This document shows positions 28,728 through 38,589 of a DNA stretch of 64,000 bases, piece by piece. The DNA is from a virus. The stretch lies in the IMG/VR virus record IMGVR_UViG_3300047510_002509, one strand, 5' to 3'. Every line of letters begins with the position of its first letter. Within the stretch, counting starts at the first letter, position 1. The notes below the pieces were generated by a model that was not told the DNA's origin, searched no databases, and saw only the letters and a list, made by a program, of their open reading frames with translations. The translations under genes were made by a program, and so were the position numbers.

Positions 28728-29109
28728 TGTGGCTCCTCTCTAGGCTATTATCTCCTAAAAAGAAAACGTTCATTTCCAATTCTTGAGCAATAGCCAGCTC
28801 TAATCGAGCACCAGCAGAATTTTCCCAACCGTTAATCATTACTATAGATTCACACTTTAAAAGTGCTTCAATGTCTCGACGCATATAAATCTTGCGTGGG
28901 TAGATGTAGTTCTCGTCAAACTCTTCTGCAGGATTCCATACGGTATATCCCTGTTTTCTGAGGAATTCTGCTGCTTTATTAAACGCTGGACGGTTGTAAT
29001 CTGGAAGCCCTGTCATCGGACCAGAAAGATAGTAAATACTCATTGTTGGTTTTAGAGTCTTTTCTTTTTGGTCTTTAGCAAGAAGATGGGCCATTCGTGG
29101 TGACAACAT
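28711..29109 (-). CDS. DUF4406-like (nucleoside deoxyribosyltransferase fold) protein
   Basis: YLSGPMTG...N..AF, NPA, GWENSAGARLE. Confidence 0.85.
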   Translation of the reverse strand: MLSPRMAHLLAKDQKEKTLKPTMSIYYLSGPMTGLPDYNRPAFNKAAEFLRKQGYTVWNPAEEFDENYIYPRKIYMRRDIEALLKCESIVMINGWENSAGARLELAIAQELEMNVFFLGDNSLERSHNETHP

Positions 29110-29636
29110 TAGTGCTCGTGGTTAGAGACAATCATGTCGTACTTTCCACACTCCCCACACTCGATTCTCTCTATTGGACCTTCAATATCATAATCCAAAT
29201 ACAACTGACCATCAATTTCAGTGTCATCTGGGATTCCTGCCTTGTCTACTGCTTCAAGCCACTGACGAACATCTGAGACATATCTTGGATTACCAGTACC
29301 TGCATCCATAAAAATAAACAAAGACGCTGAAGTTGTATTGGTTTTAGTACGACGAATATGCCCATACTCATCTAGGAAAGAGTCTTCTGGATTTTCTTCA
29401 TCATCGAAGTCATAAAGTCTTTGAGGTTTTTCCTCTTCTTCTGGGTCTTCGATTGTCATAAGTTGAGCAAGTAGAAAGTCAGTCATATGAGACGCTTGTT
29501 CAAGACAAAGTGAATATTGACTATCTGGTCGAGACAGGTCCCATTCAATAGGGAACTGTTCTGGGTGATCGGGGTCCCATCCACCTTGGCGCATTAGTTC
29601 TACAGCCATGTGCTGCTTCAACTCTTCTACATTCAT
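29109..29636 (-). CDS. Acidic hypothetical protein
   Basis: Coupled ORF. Confidence 0.7.
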   Translation of the reverse strand: MNVEELKQHMAVELMRQGGWDPDHPEQFPIEWDLSRPDSQYSLCLEQASHMTDFLLAQLMTIEDPEEEEKPQRLYDFDDEENPEDSFLDEYGHIRRTKTNTTSASLFIFMDAGTGNPRYVSDVRQWLEAVDKAGIPDDTEIDGQLYLDYDIEGPIERIECGECGKYDMIVSNHEH

Positions 29637-29989
29637 TAGCCTTGTTTCCTTAAATCTTTACGAACGATAAGTTTTGCTGGCGGTCTACAACAGCCGTCAC
29701 ATCCGTGAATTGCTACATAGATGTCTTTACTAAGCATAAACTCGTCTGGGTCTGGATGGCCTACGCCATGCGGACAAGTTCTTTCCATAATTCCAAGGTC
29801 GCTTCTCCAATACTGTGGGTATGAGCGCATGTGGTGTTCTGAGCGGTTATGGACAGTGCAAAACGGTCCAATACATTCTTCAGGGTTATGGACATTGTTG
29901 ATAACAATATCTGTGTGCTCTAGAACAGCTGAGTCATATGGCAGTTCGTCGTTAAAAAGTTTTGAGTCTTGTTTCTTTTTCCTAGCCAT
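29636..29989 (-). CDS. Cys/His-rich hypothetical protein
   Basis: MERTCPHGVGHPDPD, HGCDGCC. Confidence 0.75.
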   Translation of the reverse strand: MARKKKQDSKLFNDELPYDSAVLEHTDIVINNVHNPEECIGPFCTVHNRSEHHMRSYPQYWRSDLGIMERTCPHGVGHPDPDEFMLSKDIYVAIHGCDGCCRPPAKLIVRKDLRKQG

Positions 29990-30036
29990 GAGCGTCCTTT
30001 TCTCTTTATGAGTACATCCTACTGTAGAGTCATTCT

Positions 30037-30693
30037 ATGGTCCCGCATTACAACATTGTGATTGCAACTCCTGCTGGAAGTTTCAAACCAGATTATGTAA
30101 AGAGTTTGGTCGAGACAACCAAGTGGATGAATAAAAAAGGCTACTCATATCACTTCGTATCGCAGTACTCATCCTTTGTTCCAAACGCTAGGGAAAATAC
30201 CGCTACAGATTCTGCAGGGGCAGACTGGGATGCGGTGGACTTTGGCGGTGGCTCATTTACCTGCGAAAAGGTCGTATGGATAGATTCAGACATCTCTTGG
30301 TCAGTCGAAGCTTTTGAGACCCTGATTCAAGGCGATAAAGACATTGTTTCGGGGATGTATGCGGTGGGGAGAGATGGTCGGATTGCCGCTATGCGTTTAG
30401 GGGAAAGTGGAGCGCCTATGTCTTTAAATGCCATGGATTTCCTAGTTGAGGGAGAGCCTGTGCTAGTTGATGGGGTTGGCTTCGGGTTTGTGGCTATCAA
30501 GGCTGAGGTCTTTAGAAAGATGCCTAGACCTTGGTTCAAAATCCGAGAGGTTGGGATTGAAGGGGCAGACTTTCCTGTCATGTTAGGGGAAGACTACTCT
30601 TGGTGTGTGGGGGCAAAAGAGGCTGGATTTAGAATTTGGCTGCACCCTTTGGTGAGGGTTGAACACCATAAATCTGCAATTTTTACTGTTTAA
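30037..30693 (+). CDS. GT-A fold glycosyltransferase-like protein, leaderless
   Basis: WIDSDI (DxD), GFGF..I...VF, GED..WC. Confidence 0.8.
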   Translation: MVPHYNIVIATPAGSFKPDYVKSLVETTKWMNKKGYSYHFVSQYSSFVPNARENTATDSAGADWDAVDFGGGSFTCEKVVWIDSDISWSVEAFETLIQGDKDIVSGMYAVGRDGRIAAMRLGESGAPMSLNAMDFLVEGEPVLVDGVGFGFVAIKAEVFRKMPRPWFKIREVGIEGADFPVMLGEDYSWCVGAKEAGFRIWLHPLVRVEHHKSAIFTV

Positions 30694-31030
30694 AGACCTT
30701 CCTGCACTTTAGAACGAAACTAGTGTATAGTGTTAGGTGTATATTCTTACTATGCCGAAAAATAAAAAAACTTAGAAAAAAACTTGATAGTACTGTTTTT
30801 TGCAGGAAAATCGCTACTATCATGGAAAATTCAAAAACTTTTTAAAAATCTTGATAGTAAGAATAAAAACTATACTTAATATTTTAATATTCAACCTATT
30901 TCCTATACGTGTATGAAAAAAACATTCCACCCCCCAAGAAAATGGGTTGAGAATTAGAATATTAAGAACTAGTGTATAGTCTTTAGTGTATAGTGTATAC
31001 TCTTAGAAAAGATCAAAAAGAGGGAGATTA
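30694..31030. other. AT-rich non-coding region with short repeats at the strand switch (origin candidate)
   Basis: TAGTGTATAG x3, CTTGATAGTA x2, A-tracts; no ORF. Confidence 0.45.
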
Positions 31031-31068
31031 GGTTGACAAGTTCTCTAGTGTTAGGTAATAATACTTTT

Positions 31069-31260
31069 ATGAATGACAAAATGACAGTGACTCCTGAGAG
31101 AGTCAAATATGTGATTGCTGGTCGTTTGATGAAAGATTGGTTTCCAACAAGGATTCCAGTTGATGCAGACGAGTGGTTAAAAATAGCAACTAGAGATGCT
31201 GAGTCTGTGGTTGATGAATTAATGGCTCATGGACTTTTGAAAGTTGAAGGTGCCAAATGA
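31069..31260 (+). CDS. Hypothetical protein
   Basis: TTGACA promoter at 31033; ATG at 31069. Confidence 0.6.
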   Translation: MNDKMTVTPERVKYVIAGRLMKDWFPTRIPVDADEWLKIATRDAESVVDELMAHGLLKVEGAK

Positions 31261-31487
31261 GTTGGGAACAAGTAGCAGTTCTTGCTTTAGTTAATTTTCT
31301 AAGTGTGTTCATGGCGATGTTTATTATTTCTGCCATAAACGCATACAGAGAAGCACGACGAAAGAATGAGTTTCTAGAAACTATGTTTGGGAACTTAATT
31401 CAAAAAGCTGAAACAGATGTCCAGTTCAGGAACATCATGGGCTGGAACTTTATGAGAGACGAAAGAGACAACAATGACGGACGCTAG
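31257..31487 (+). CDS. Small membrane protein
   Basis: N-terminal TM; ATGA coupling. Confidence 0.65.
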   Translation: MSWEQVAVLALVNFLSVFMAMFIISAINAYREARRKNEFLETMFGNLIQKAETDVQFRNIMGWNFMRDERDNNDGR

Positions 31488-31953
31488 AAACGCACTAGCC
31501 CTACTGGGTATAAGTGCCGAAGAAGCAGTCGAGACAGATGAAAAGCTGACTCGCAAACCAAGTCGTGACAAACGGATTTGCCTTTGTGGTCACGCAGTAA
31601 ACAAACACTCGACTGATGCAGGTCTTGTGATATGTGTACCAAGCCGATACAACTGCCCATGTAAAAATATTCGAGCAGTTGTACAAGCTGAAGACACCAG
31701 ACTGTTCTTGAGAAAGACCAGTGGTCCTGGAGCAGAACACGCTCTAACTCGTGGACTAGCCGCTTCCTTTAGTGCAGACAAAGGGGTCGAATGGATAGAA
31801 ACTCCTAAGTGTGACAAATGTGGGATTGAAGCAACTCCAGCAGGTGACGTGAGAATTAGTCCTGTTGCTGTCACTGAATATAAAACAGTTTCTAATGAAG
31901 CCACTGGATACGATGCTCTTCTATGTGATACTTGCCTTGAGGAGATACGATGA
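31474..31953 (+). CDS. Cys-rich (two Zn sites) hypothetical protein
   Basis: CLCGH...H...C...CPC; CDKC...CDTC. Confidence 0.7.
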   Translation: MTDARNALALLGISAEEAVETDEKLTRKPSRDKRICLCGHAVNKHSTDAGLVICVPSRYNCPCKNIRAVVQAEDTRLFLRKTSGPGAEHALTRGLAASFSADKGVEWIETPKCDKCGIEATPAGDVRISPVAVTEYKTVSNEATGYDALLCDTCLEEIR

Positions 31954-32240
31954 AAGAAGACATTAGAAGAGTTCTTCTGAACTATGTGATAAACCAAAAA
32001 CTAAACGAACAAGTCATGCTTGAACTTGACGTTGCCCTTAAACAAATCATTGACAACTGGATGGAGTCTAAAACAGACAAACTCCAAGAAATGATAAAAA
32101 CTTGGGAAGACTCCATTGGGAGTGAGGATGGCAGTCTCTACAGTTTGGGGTTAAGACGAGCAGTTGACATCATCACTGACACTGACGTCTTTGCCCAATT
32201 ACCTGTTTTAGAGAAGCCAGACACTCCTGATGAAGCCTAG
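31950..32240 (+). CDS. Hypothetical protein
   Basis: Coupled; LYSLGLRRA.D. Confidence 0.65.
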   Translation: MKEDIRRVLLNYVINQKLNEQVMLELDVALKQIIDNWMESKTDKLQEMIKTWEDSIGSEDGSLYSLGLRRAVDIITDTDVFAQLPVLEKPDTPDEA

Positions 32241-32541
32241 CTGCCCTAACTGTCAAAACGGTAGTTGCTACCACATCGAAGACAGTAAAAAACTTGCCAA
32301 ACAAGAAATCACCTATGACGGTGACGTTCAATTTAACATCCGACAAGTTCACTACTTGGAGGAGTTTTCCCACTGGGAGGGTGAGCTTTTGGTCAAAGGT
32401 GAAGTCTTCTGTGAGGGCACTGCTCCAACCTTCTGGGGAGTTCATGACATCTTGACCGAGTACATTTTCGATCAAACGGTTAAAGACGACCATCCAGTTC
32501 TAGACCACAATTGGTTCAAAGAAGACGCTAATGCCAATTGA
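32230..32541 (+). CDS. Hypothetical protein
   Basis: Coupled ORF. Confidence 0.6.
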   Translation: MKPSCPNCQNGSCYHIEDSKKLAKQEITYDGDVQFNIRQVHYLEEFSHWEGELLVKGEVFCEGTAPTFWGVHDILTEYIFDQTVKDDHPVLDHNWFKEDANAN

Positions 32542-32755
32542 AATTTGGTCTTGGATTCTGGCAATCATCGGTGTAGCAGGAATATACTTTGTCGGTAAGA
32601 GAACCCTTTGGGGATGGTTCGTCCTTCTTTTGAATGAGGTCCTTTGGACAATTTATGCCATCCTCACCGACCAGTATGGGTTTATTTTTTCAGCAATCGC
32701 TTACGCTGTTGTCTACATCAAGTCTTGGCACTCATGGCGAAAAGAAGACGTTTGA
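32531..32755 (+). CDS. Small PnuC-like membrane protein
   Basis: Trp-rich 3-TM, GW......LW..Y.....QYG. Confidence 0.6.
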   Translation: MPIEIWSWILAIIGVAGIYFVGKRTLWGWFVLLLNEVLWTIYAILTDQYGFIFSAIAYAVVYIKSWHSWRKEDV

Positions 32756-32974
32756 CCCTTAGACACGCCGAGTGAAATCACTTTTTATTTAGACCCCTCA
32801 CGCTTAACTTCAAAACCAAAAACCCTAATAACTCACGCTTATTTTTGACAATTGACCCGACAATTTGTTTATAAAGGGTGTGTTTCTCACACCATTTTTG
32901 AAAAAAACTTTTTGACTAGTCGTGCTATTTTGTATTCCAAGTAGAAACTAAAAAACCCTACTTGGAAAGATAAC

Positions 32975-33283
32975 GTGATGAACAAAGCAGCAATCGAGTC
33001 CTACCTCCGCAACCTTGCGGGTCAGGTCATCGGCGCAGTAATGATTGTCAGCCAGACCAGCGGTGTGGGCTCCCCACTCGACTTCTCTGGTTCAGAATGG
33101 CTCCTTGTAGCCAACGCACTTTGGGCCTCTATCATCCCAACCGCACTTCGCTGGTTGAACAAGAAGGACCCAGCCTTCGGACGTATCGCAGCAGTTGCGG
33201 CAGCCGAAGTAACCAAGAAGCTAGCCGCCGAAGCTGAGAAGGCGAAAGCCCCAGCCAAGAAGGCTCCAGCCAAGAAGAAGTAA
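32975..33283 (+). CDS. Holin-like membrane protein with PAKK tail
   Basis: SYLR, P..LRWLN..DPAFGR pattern of actinophage holins. Confidence 0.65.
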   Translation: MMNKAAIESYLRNLAGQVIGAVMIVSQTSGVGSPLDFSGSEWLLVANALWASIIPTALRWLNKKDPAFGRIAAVAAAEVTKKLAAEAEKAKAPAKKAPAKKK

Positions 33284-33286
33284 ATT

Positions 33287-33469
33287 ATGCCAATGACACC
33301 AGAGGAACTAGAAGCTCACGTAGCAACAGAGCTTGAACTTAAAGCCGAGATTGAGGCTTTGGTGGAACGGCTGCGTAACTCGGAGTACCGAACCAAAACT
33401 GAAAAAGCGTACTACGCAGACCTATTGGCTTCCAAGCGTCAGGAGCTCAGGGTTCACTTGGGCTTGTAG
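33287..33469 (+). CDS. Hypothetical coiled-coil protein
   Basis: 60-aa ORF following the holin. Confidence 0.55.
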   Translation: MPMTPEELEAHVATELELKAEIEALVERLRNSEYRTKTEKAYYADLLASKRQELRVHLGL

Positions 33470-33559
33470 GGGGTAAAAATTTCAGACAACGACCTCCAGC
33501 TTTTCAACGGCAAAAGCGAAGAAGAACCAAACGAACCGCTTATCGACACTCCTGTCGAC

Positions 33560-34474
33560 ATGCGGCCCGACCTGTCCGAATATGGTCTTATAGAACATGA
33601 CCGCGGCATCGTCGAAGATACCTATGAGAACCGCTCCCTCTTGCGAGCGCACTCTTTCCAGTGGGTACCCGTCTATACAGAGAACGGACATCCAACTGGG
33701 TTAATCGAGGCCCGCTCCCTTGAGCAGATGAAGGAACGGCGACTGATGTCGCTGTCCAGCAAAAGGGCCCTTCTCACTGAGCCACTTCAGAATAACTCCG
33801 ACTACTTGACGGGTCTGGATCTGGTTGTAGATTCCGAGGCCTGCAAACTTGTACCTCCTTGGGTACTCGGCGCGACCCGCGCCTATATAAAAGAGCAGGA
33901 AGATGGTGGCCCGCTAACGGCTCGGCGAGCGCCGAAAGCTCTACCCGCCCGCTGCCGTGCGTATACCTCTGAGGGTATCCGCTGTATGTTGTGGTCATCT
34001 GGACGTCTGAAAGATGACGGCTTGTGTCGCCTACACCTCGGCGCGAACAAGAAGACGGGCGCGGACATTGAACGGGCTCGCAAGAAGCTAATGCAATCCG
34101 CACCTTACGCTGTGGACAAACTTGAAGAACTTATGGAGAACGCTGTTTCTGAGCCAGTCAAGCTCAAGGCGGCAACGGAGATTCTCGACCGTGCTGGTAT
34201 TCGTGCTGGTATGGAAATTGATATCGGCGTGGAGCTTAAGGATGCTCGTACCCCCGCTGAGATTATCGCTGAACGGCTTGAGCGTCTGAAAGCTGGAGCG
34301 GTTGTGATTCAAGGCGAGCTCGTTGATCGAACTTCCACACAAGATGCGGAAGTTGTTCTGGAGCTGGATCAGGATCCCCCTAAAATTTTTACCCCCCAGG
34401 CTGAAGCGGCCTCGACATCGGAACAACTTGAAACACCAGCCATATCGGCGGAGGAGCTAGAGGAGCTACAGTGA
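33560..34474 (+). CDS. Terminase small subunit-like protein with Zn finger
   Basis: RC......G.RC...CRLH.G followed by AV..L..L...A.SE.VKL.AA.EILDRAG. Confidence 0.55.
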   Translation: MRPDLSEYGLIEHDRGIVEDTYENRSLLRAHSFQWVPVYTENGHPTGLIEARSLEQMKERRLMSLSSKRALLTEPLQNNSDYLTGLDLVVDSEACKLVPPWVLGATRAYIKEQEDGGPLTARRAPKALPARCRAYTSEGIRCMLWSSGRLKDDGLCRLHLGANKKTGADIERARKKLMQSAPYAVDKLEELMENAVSEPVKLKAATEILDRAGIRAGMEIDIGVELKDARTPAEIIAERLERLKAGAVVIQGELVDRTSTQDAEVVLELDQDPPKIFTPQAEAASTSEQLETPAISAEELEELQ

Positions 34475-34671
34475 CAAACGAACAACTTCTTGAATTGGCG
34501 CAGCGGCACGCAGAGCGTCTGGAAAATGACATCAAGCTGGCCCGCACAAGAGATGAACATATCCGTGTAACGGCACGGGCTAATGAAGCCGCTGAGATGG
34601 TAAACGGCTTGCTGGGAATTAAAGACGGTGAGCCTGACCGCAATAGTCGCGGCATGGGATTTATAGATTAA
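34471..34671 (+). CDS. Hypothetical protein
   Basis: GAGGAG RBS; GTGA coupling. Confidence 0.6.
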   Translation: MTNEQLLELAQRHAERLENDIKLARTRDEHIRVTARANEAAEMVNGLLGIKDGEPDRNSRGMGFID

Positions 34672-34712
34672 TTACTAAACTATGCTAGGTGCTAGCATAG
34701 TTAGTAATTAAT
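34667..34712. repeat. AT-rich 21-bp inverted repeat (cruciform)
   Basis: ATTAATTACTAAaCTATGCTAG-gtg-CTAGCATAGTTAGTAATTAAT. Confidence 0.85.
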
Positions 34713-35156
34713 AGTTTGTCAAGAGGAGAACGGCATGGCTTACGCAGACGGTGACTGTACGAGAGAGCCTATGCCAAAAGACGGCGTGTCAGATATGGAT
34801 GACCTGCTATGACAACGGATTGCTTCTGGTGCGGCGAGGAAGTTAATCGGGACGGCGTGTGCAAAAGCTGCGCAGCAGCCCCATTGCCCGATGCCACCAC
34901 TTCCGAATAACGGCTCGCCCTACAACGAGGTATGCACCCACACTTCCTGTGAAAGCGGCGAGCAACGGCAAGAGATGATGCAGACCCCAGTCACCTGACG
35001 GGTCGGCATGCGCAAGAATTGAAATCATTCTTTAATACTAACGGTATGCACGTAGAACTTAGCCCGTAAGTACAACGGTATGTCGTGTAGTAATTTACAC
35101 CTAAATTACAACGGTAATACTGCAGGAAGGTTTAGCTGCAGCTTAAGATCCGATCC

Positions 35157-35582
35157 CAACTTCCAAATAACTTTGCCAAGCTAGCGGCCTGGCGTTTTCG
35201 CATGAACGCACGAAAAAAGTGCAGGAAAATGTAACCGCTCGGTGACAACAGCAGGTGTACGTACACTCAACATCCAAATAACTTTTATGCAGCCGCAGCG
35301 GATCAGAGCTGTAGGGGGTAAAAATTTCTGATCCATCGGGCCCGAAGCTGTTGAACTTCCAAATAACTTTGGGTAACGGCCCGCCGCCAGATCAGATTTT
35401 TTTACCCCTGAAGCTGCAGCAGCTCCAGATCAGATTCAACATCCAAATAACTCAGTGCACAAAAAATCCGCTGTTCAAAAATCCTTGACAAGACTTGACA
35501 AGGGGTAGTAGGCTAGGTTTCGCAACGCGGGCGCCGCGAAACTAAAAAGGGCCCGATCAGATCTAACTTCCAAATAACTTTT
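35157..35582 (+). repeat. Iteron-like direct repeats AACWTCCAAATAACT (5 copies) in non-coding DNA
   Basis: Copies near 35158, 35269, 35355, 35437, 35565; related copies at 36839, 37083, 37131, 45418, 46049. Confidence 0.75.
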
Positions 35583-35651
35583 ACCATCTCAAGCTGCAGC
35601 ACCAGGTGCACGCCACTTGCGCAGATAAAAAATTTATAATAGAGTTGCGGC

Positions 35652-35948
35652 ATGATAGAGACGCTCATACTGTGGAAGCTTTGGAACATAGAAGACAAAA
35701 TTGAAGGCGAGCCTTCTGGGGAAGATGGGTATCTCTGGATGGTGATGCTCGGTTCTTTGCTCTGGCCTGTTGGTATCTACTTTGTTGTACGTGAATACTT
35801 TGGCAGGTCTAAGTGGCTCGCTCTTTTTGCGGCGGCAGGGATTGGGTTGCTTACCATCCTTGTGCTACCCGTGTATTTACTCATCTCTTTGATTCTGGTT
35901 ATTTACGGATTTTCTTTTCTAGATAAGCTTGACAAAGATGTCAGGTAG
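35652..35948 (+). CDS. Membrane protein, leaderless
   Basis: TAGAGT-6-ATG; hydrophobic. Confidence 0.65.
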   Translation: MIETLILWKLWNIEDKIEGEPSGEDGYLWMVMLGSLLWPVGIYFVVREYFGRSKWLALFAAAGIGLLTILVLPVYLLISLILVIYGFSFLDKLDKDVR

Positions 35949-35958
35949 GTAATAGAAT
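35929..35958 (+). promoter_or_regulatory. Early promoter
   Basis: TTGACA-(TCAGG spacer)-TAGAAT. Confidence 0.8.
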
Positions 35959-36003
35959 AACTAACGGAACAAGAGTTCCATACAAAACGATGAAAGGACA
36001 CCC

Positions 36004-36306
36004 ATGTCAACGATTACAAAAGTAGCGGCTTTACCCCAGTGTGATTTCTGCACAGAGAAGGCCCGCTTTGACGGCATGACTATTTACGGCCCGTGGGGCA
36101 ATATGTGTGAACCACACTTTGATACATACGGCGTCGGACTTGGACTCGGCAAGGGCCAGCGGCTCGTCGAAGAAGGAGAAGATGTTGTGATGTCGTGGGG
36201 CGAGCTCGCGGATCTCAATCACGGCAAGCAGGTAGAACTGTTTGGGTTTTGCACCTGTGAAGACGGCCCGTCTGTGTATGAGGACTGCAACGGAGGGAGG
36301 GACTAA
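36004..36306 (+). CDS. Hypothetical Zn-binding protein
   Basis: GATGAAAGGA leader; CDFC, GPWGNMC..H, GLGLGKGQ. Confidence 0.75.
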   Translation: MSTITKVAALPQCDFCTEKARFDGMTIYGPWGNMCEPHFDTYGVGLGLGKGQRLVEEGEDVVMSWGELADLNHGKQVELFGFCTCEDGPSVYEDCNGGRD

Positions 36307-36423
36307 TGCGCGGATACGTTGAATGGCTTGAGAGCCAAGAGCGAGACGGCTTGGGAACAAGCCACGAAGATTGGATTGACTCGCACCTAGAGAAAGCGGA
36401 TGCGGCACGGGATAGGGAGACGG

Positions 36424-36840
36424 ATGAGACTACCGAATAAGTTGTACCACGCCGCACCTGAGTGCGTGCTCATAAATATTCAAACGGAGGGATTGAAATC
36501 TAACTTCGGAGAAATCTATGCGGCAAGCACTCCAGCGGATGCAATGAACTTTATGTGGTTCAGACTTCTTGACCACCCGCACTACCAGTTCGAGAACGGC
36601 AAGGTAGTCGGCATGGAACTAGAACGGCATGACCGTATCTACGTATTTGAAATTTCAACTAACCGCACAAACAAAGAACGTTGGGAAGTTGGGACGGATC
36701 ACAGCTCAAAATTTTTTGGCGGCGCGGAGAGTTGGGTGTACGGAGGTAAAAATATCGAACGGCGTGCCATAAGCGACATCACATACTTCTCACGAGAGAT
36801 GATTGAAACGGCAAGCAGATCCGCTGCAGCGTCGAACTAA
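36424..36840 (+). CDS. Hypothetical protein, possible ADP-ribosyltransferase/KptA-like fold
   Basis: LYHAA......I..EGL...IY pattern. Confidence 0.55.
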   Translation: MRLPNKLYHAAPECVLINIQTEGLKSNFGEIYAASTPADAMNFMWFRLLDHPHYQFENGKVVGMELERHDRIYVFEISTNRTNKERWEVGTDHSSKFFGGAESWVYGGKNIERRAISDITYFSREMIETASRSAAASN

Positions 36841-36903
36841 CATTCAAATAACTACGGTAAGCCCGTGGAGCTCACATTGAGCCCACGGGTTTATTATTTT
36901 GTC

Positions 36904-37095
36904 ATGGGTAAAAAAGAACGGGATGAACTCAAGCGTCGCATCAAAGGCGTGCCTGGGAACTACGTGCAGAACCAGAAGGCACAGGTCTTTGAAGACCGCC
37001 GCACAAAGCGGCTTCGTACCCGTGGGGTAAAAAACGATAACGCAATTCAAGAATCGTTGATGTCTGATCGCGATCCGCGTCCAACTTCTGAATAA
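36904..37095 (+). CDS. Basic hypothetical protein, leaderless
   Basis: TATTAT-6-ATG; DRRTKRLRTR. Confidence 0.6.
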   Translation: MGKKERDELKRRIKGVPGNYVQNQKAQVFEDRRTKRLRTRGVKNDNAIQESLMSDRDPRPTSE

Positions 37096-37207
37096 CTTGG
37101 CAATGCCGCCAGGGCCCTCCAGGTTGATGGAACTTCCAAATAACTTTCGCTTTTCAAATCTCGCATTTGCTGACTGAACGACACGCCCAAAAAGTTTGAC
37201 AAAGAAC

Positions 37208-37235
37208 TTGACAAAGTGCAGGAAAATAATAGAAT
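37208..37235 (+). promoter_or_regulatory. Early promoter with TGCAGGAA spacer box
   Basis: TTGACA aag TGCAGGAA aataa TAGAAT. Confidence 0.85.
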
Positions 37236-37282
37236 GTATTTTGTCTAGGGTTTCCTAGAAAAGTAGAGTAAGGAAAATAAAA

Positions 37283-37525
37283 ATGGCGACAGTTCAAGAC
37301 CTAATCAAGATGCTTCAAAAAGAATACGACCCAACTCAGGCAATCGTCTTTCAATACTTCACAGCAGAGCACGCTGGACTGGAGGAAGAAGAGTTTGTAG
37401 AAGTTGCAGACTATCTAATGGATAACGACTCATTCGGAGAAGAAACTTCAGAGATGTTTAGTGGCTGGATTACCGAAGCCCAAGATGTTCTAGCAACAGT
37501 AGAAGATGAAGAAGAGGAGGATTAA
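37283..37525 (+). CDS. Acidic early protein
   Basis: AAGGA RBS. Confidence 0.7.
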   Translation: MATVQDLIKMLQKEYDPTQAIVFQYFTAEHAGLEEEEFVEVADYLMDNDSFGEETSEMFSGWITEAQDVLATVEDEEEED

Positions 37526-37527
37526 AA

Positions 37528-37698
37528 ATGACAAATTACAAAATCTATGCGACCCTCACCAGAGAGTATGTGGTTGAGGTAGGCGAAGCACAGAGCGAAG
37601 ATGACGCTATCAACAAACTTGATGACTGGATTTCAGATGACTTCGAGGATTATGAAATCACAGCCAAGTGGGACTTTGTTGCTGTTCCCTCTGAATAA
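37528..37698 (+). CDS. 56-aa acidic early protein
   Basis: GAGGAGG RBS; manual translation MTNYKIYATLTREYVVEV... Confidence 0.65.
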   Translation: MTNYKIYATLTREYVVEVGEAQSEDDAINKLDDWISDDFEDYEITAKWDFVAVPSE

Positions 37699-37701
37699 CA
37701 C

Positions 37702-37730
37702 TTGACAAATAGTCATAAATAAGTAATAAT
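37702..37730 (+). promoter_or_regulatory. Early promoter
   Basis: TTGACA-17-AATAAT. Confidence 0.7.
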
Positions 37731-37775
37731 AGTTTCATCCCGAAAGGGATTTCCAAAACGACGAAAAGAGGAAAA

Positions 37776-38498
37776 ATGCCAAACTGGGTATTCAATACTA
37801 TGTCTATCACAGGAAAAGAAGAAGACCTCAAGAAGTTTGTTGAGAAGGCGAAGAAGCCTCACAACACTTATTGGGAAGACTGGAAAACAAAAGAAATCAA
37901 AGAAGAAATCGACGACAGAGTTATTTCTTTTTGGAACTTCATCAAACCAGAAAACGAGCAACTTTATTTTGGGGCGAGCGATTACAAGCCAGAGGGTTAT
38001 GACCAACTGACTGATGCCGAGAAGATGGCTCTTTCAATGTCATTCAAATCAGATGGTTGGTATGACTGGAACATCCGCAACTGGGGAACTAAGTGGGATA
38101 CAAGCGACCCATACCTTGAAGACAACAGCAAGAAGGGCGAGGTTCAATACCAGTTCTCTACGGCTTGGAGTCCTGCCGAAGGTGCTTACCGAGCAATGGT
38201 TGAGCAACACCCAGAACTGACTTTTGATTTCCACTGTGAAGAAGAGCAAGGCTGGGGCGTGAAGTATGCTGGCGAGAGTGGCGAGTTGGTTGTAGTTGAA
38301 GAGTGGGACATCCCGAACAGCCACGCCGACTACAAAGAGCGTGATAACGAGGACGGATGTGTCTGCTCTTGGGATGCCGACGACCCCGAGAACTGGTATG
38401 ACGACTGCCCAAACAAGGCGGAGCAGGTAGCCAAGTTAGTTGAAGGCACGGAGGAAGTTGTTGCTAAGTTTGAAGACATCAGCGAGATGATTGTCTAA
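37776..38498 (+). CDS. DUF1281/YubB ferredoxin-like domain protein
   Basis: MPNW..N...I.G, GWYDWNIRNWGTKWD, F.TAWSP. Confidence 0.85.
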   Translation: MPNWVFNTMSITGKEEDLKKFVEKAKKPHNTYWEDWKTKEIKEEIDDRVISFWNFIKPENEQLYFGASDYKPEGYDQLTDAEKMALSMSFKSDGWYDWNIRNWGTKWDTSDPYLEDNSKKGEVQYQFSTAWSPAEGAYRAMVEQHPELTFDFHCEEEQGWGVKYAGESGELVVVEEWDIPNSHADYKERDNEDGCVCSWDADDPENWYDDCPNKAEQVAKLVEGTEEVVAKFEDISEMIV

Positions 38499-38589
38499 AG
38501 ACGGCACGGCGTGGGGTGGGGTAAAAAGCCCCACCCTCTGCCGACGGCAGGGTAGGATTGGATTTACAAACGGAAGGGTAAAAAACGGC

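Noticed and set aside
30718-30735. NrdR box
   Set aside because: Spacing is one base off consensus and the site is 2 kb from nrdJ.
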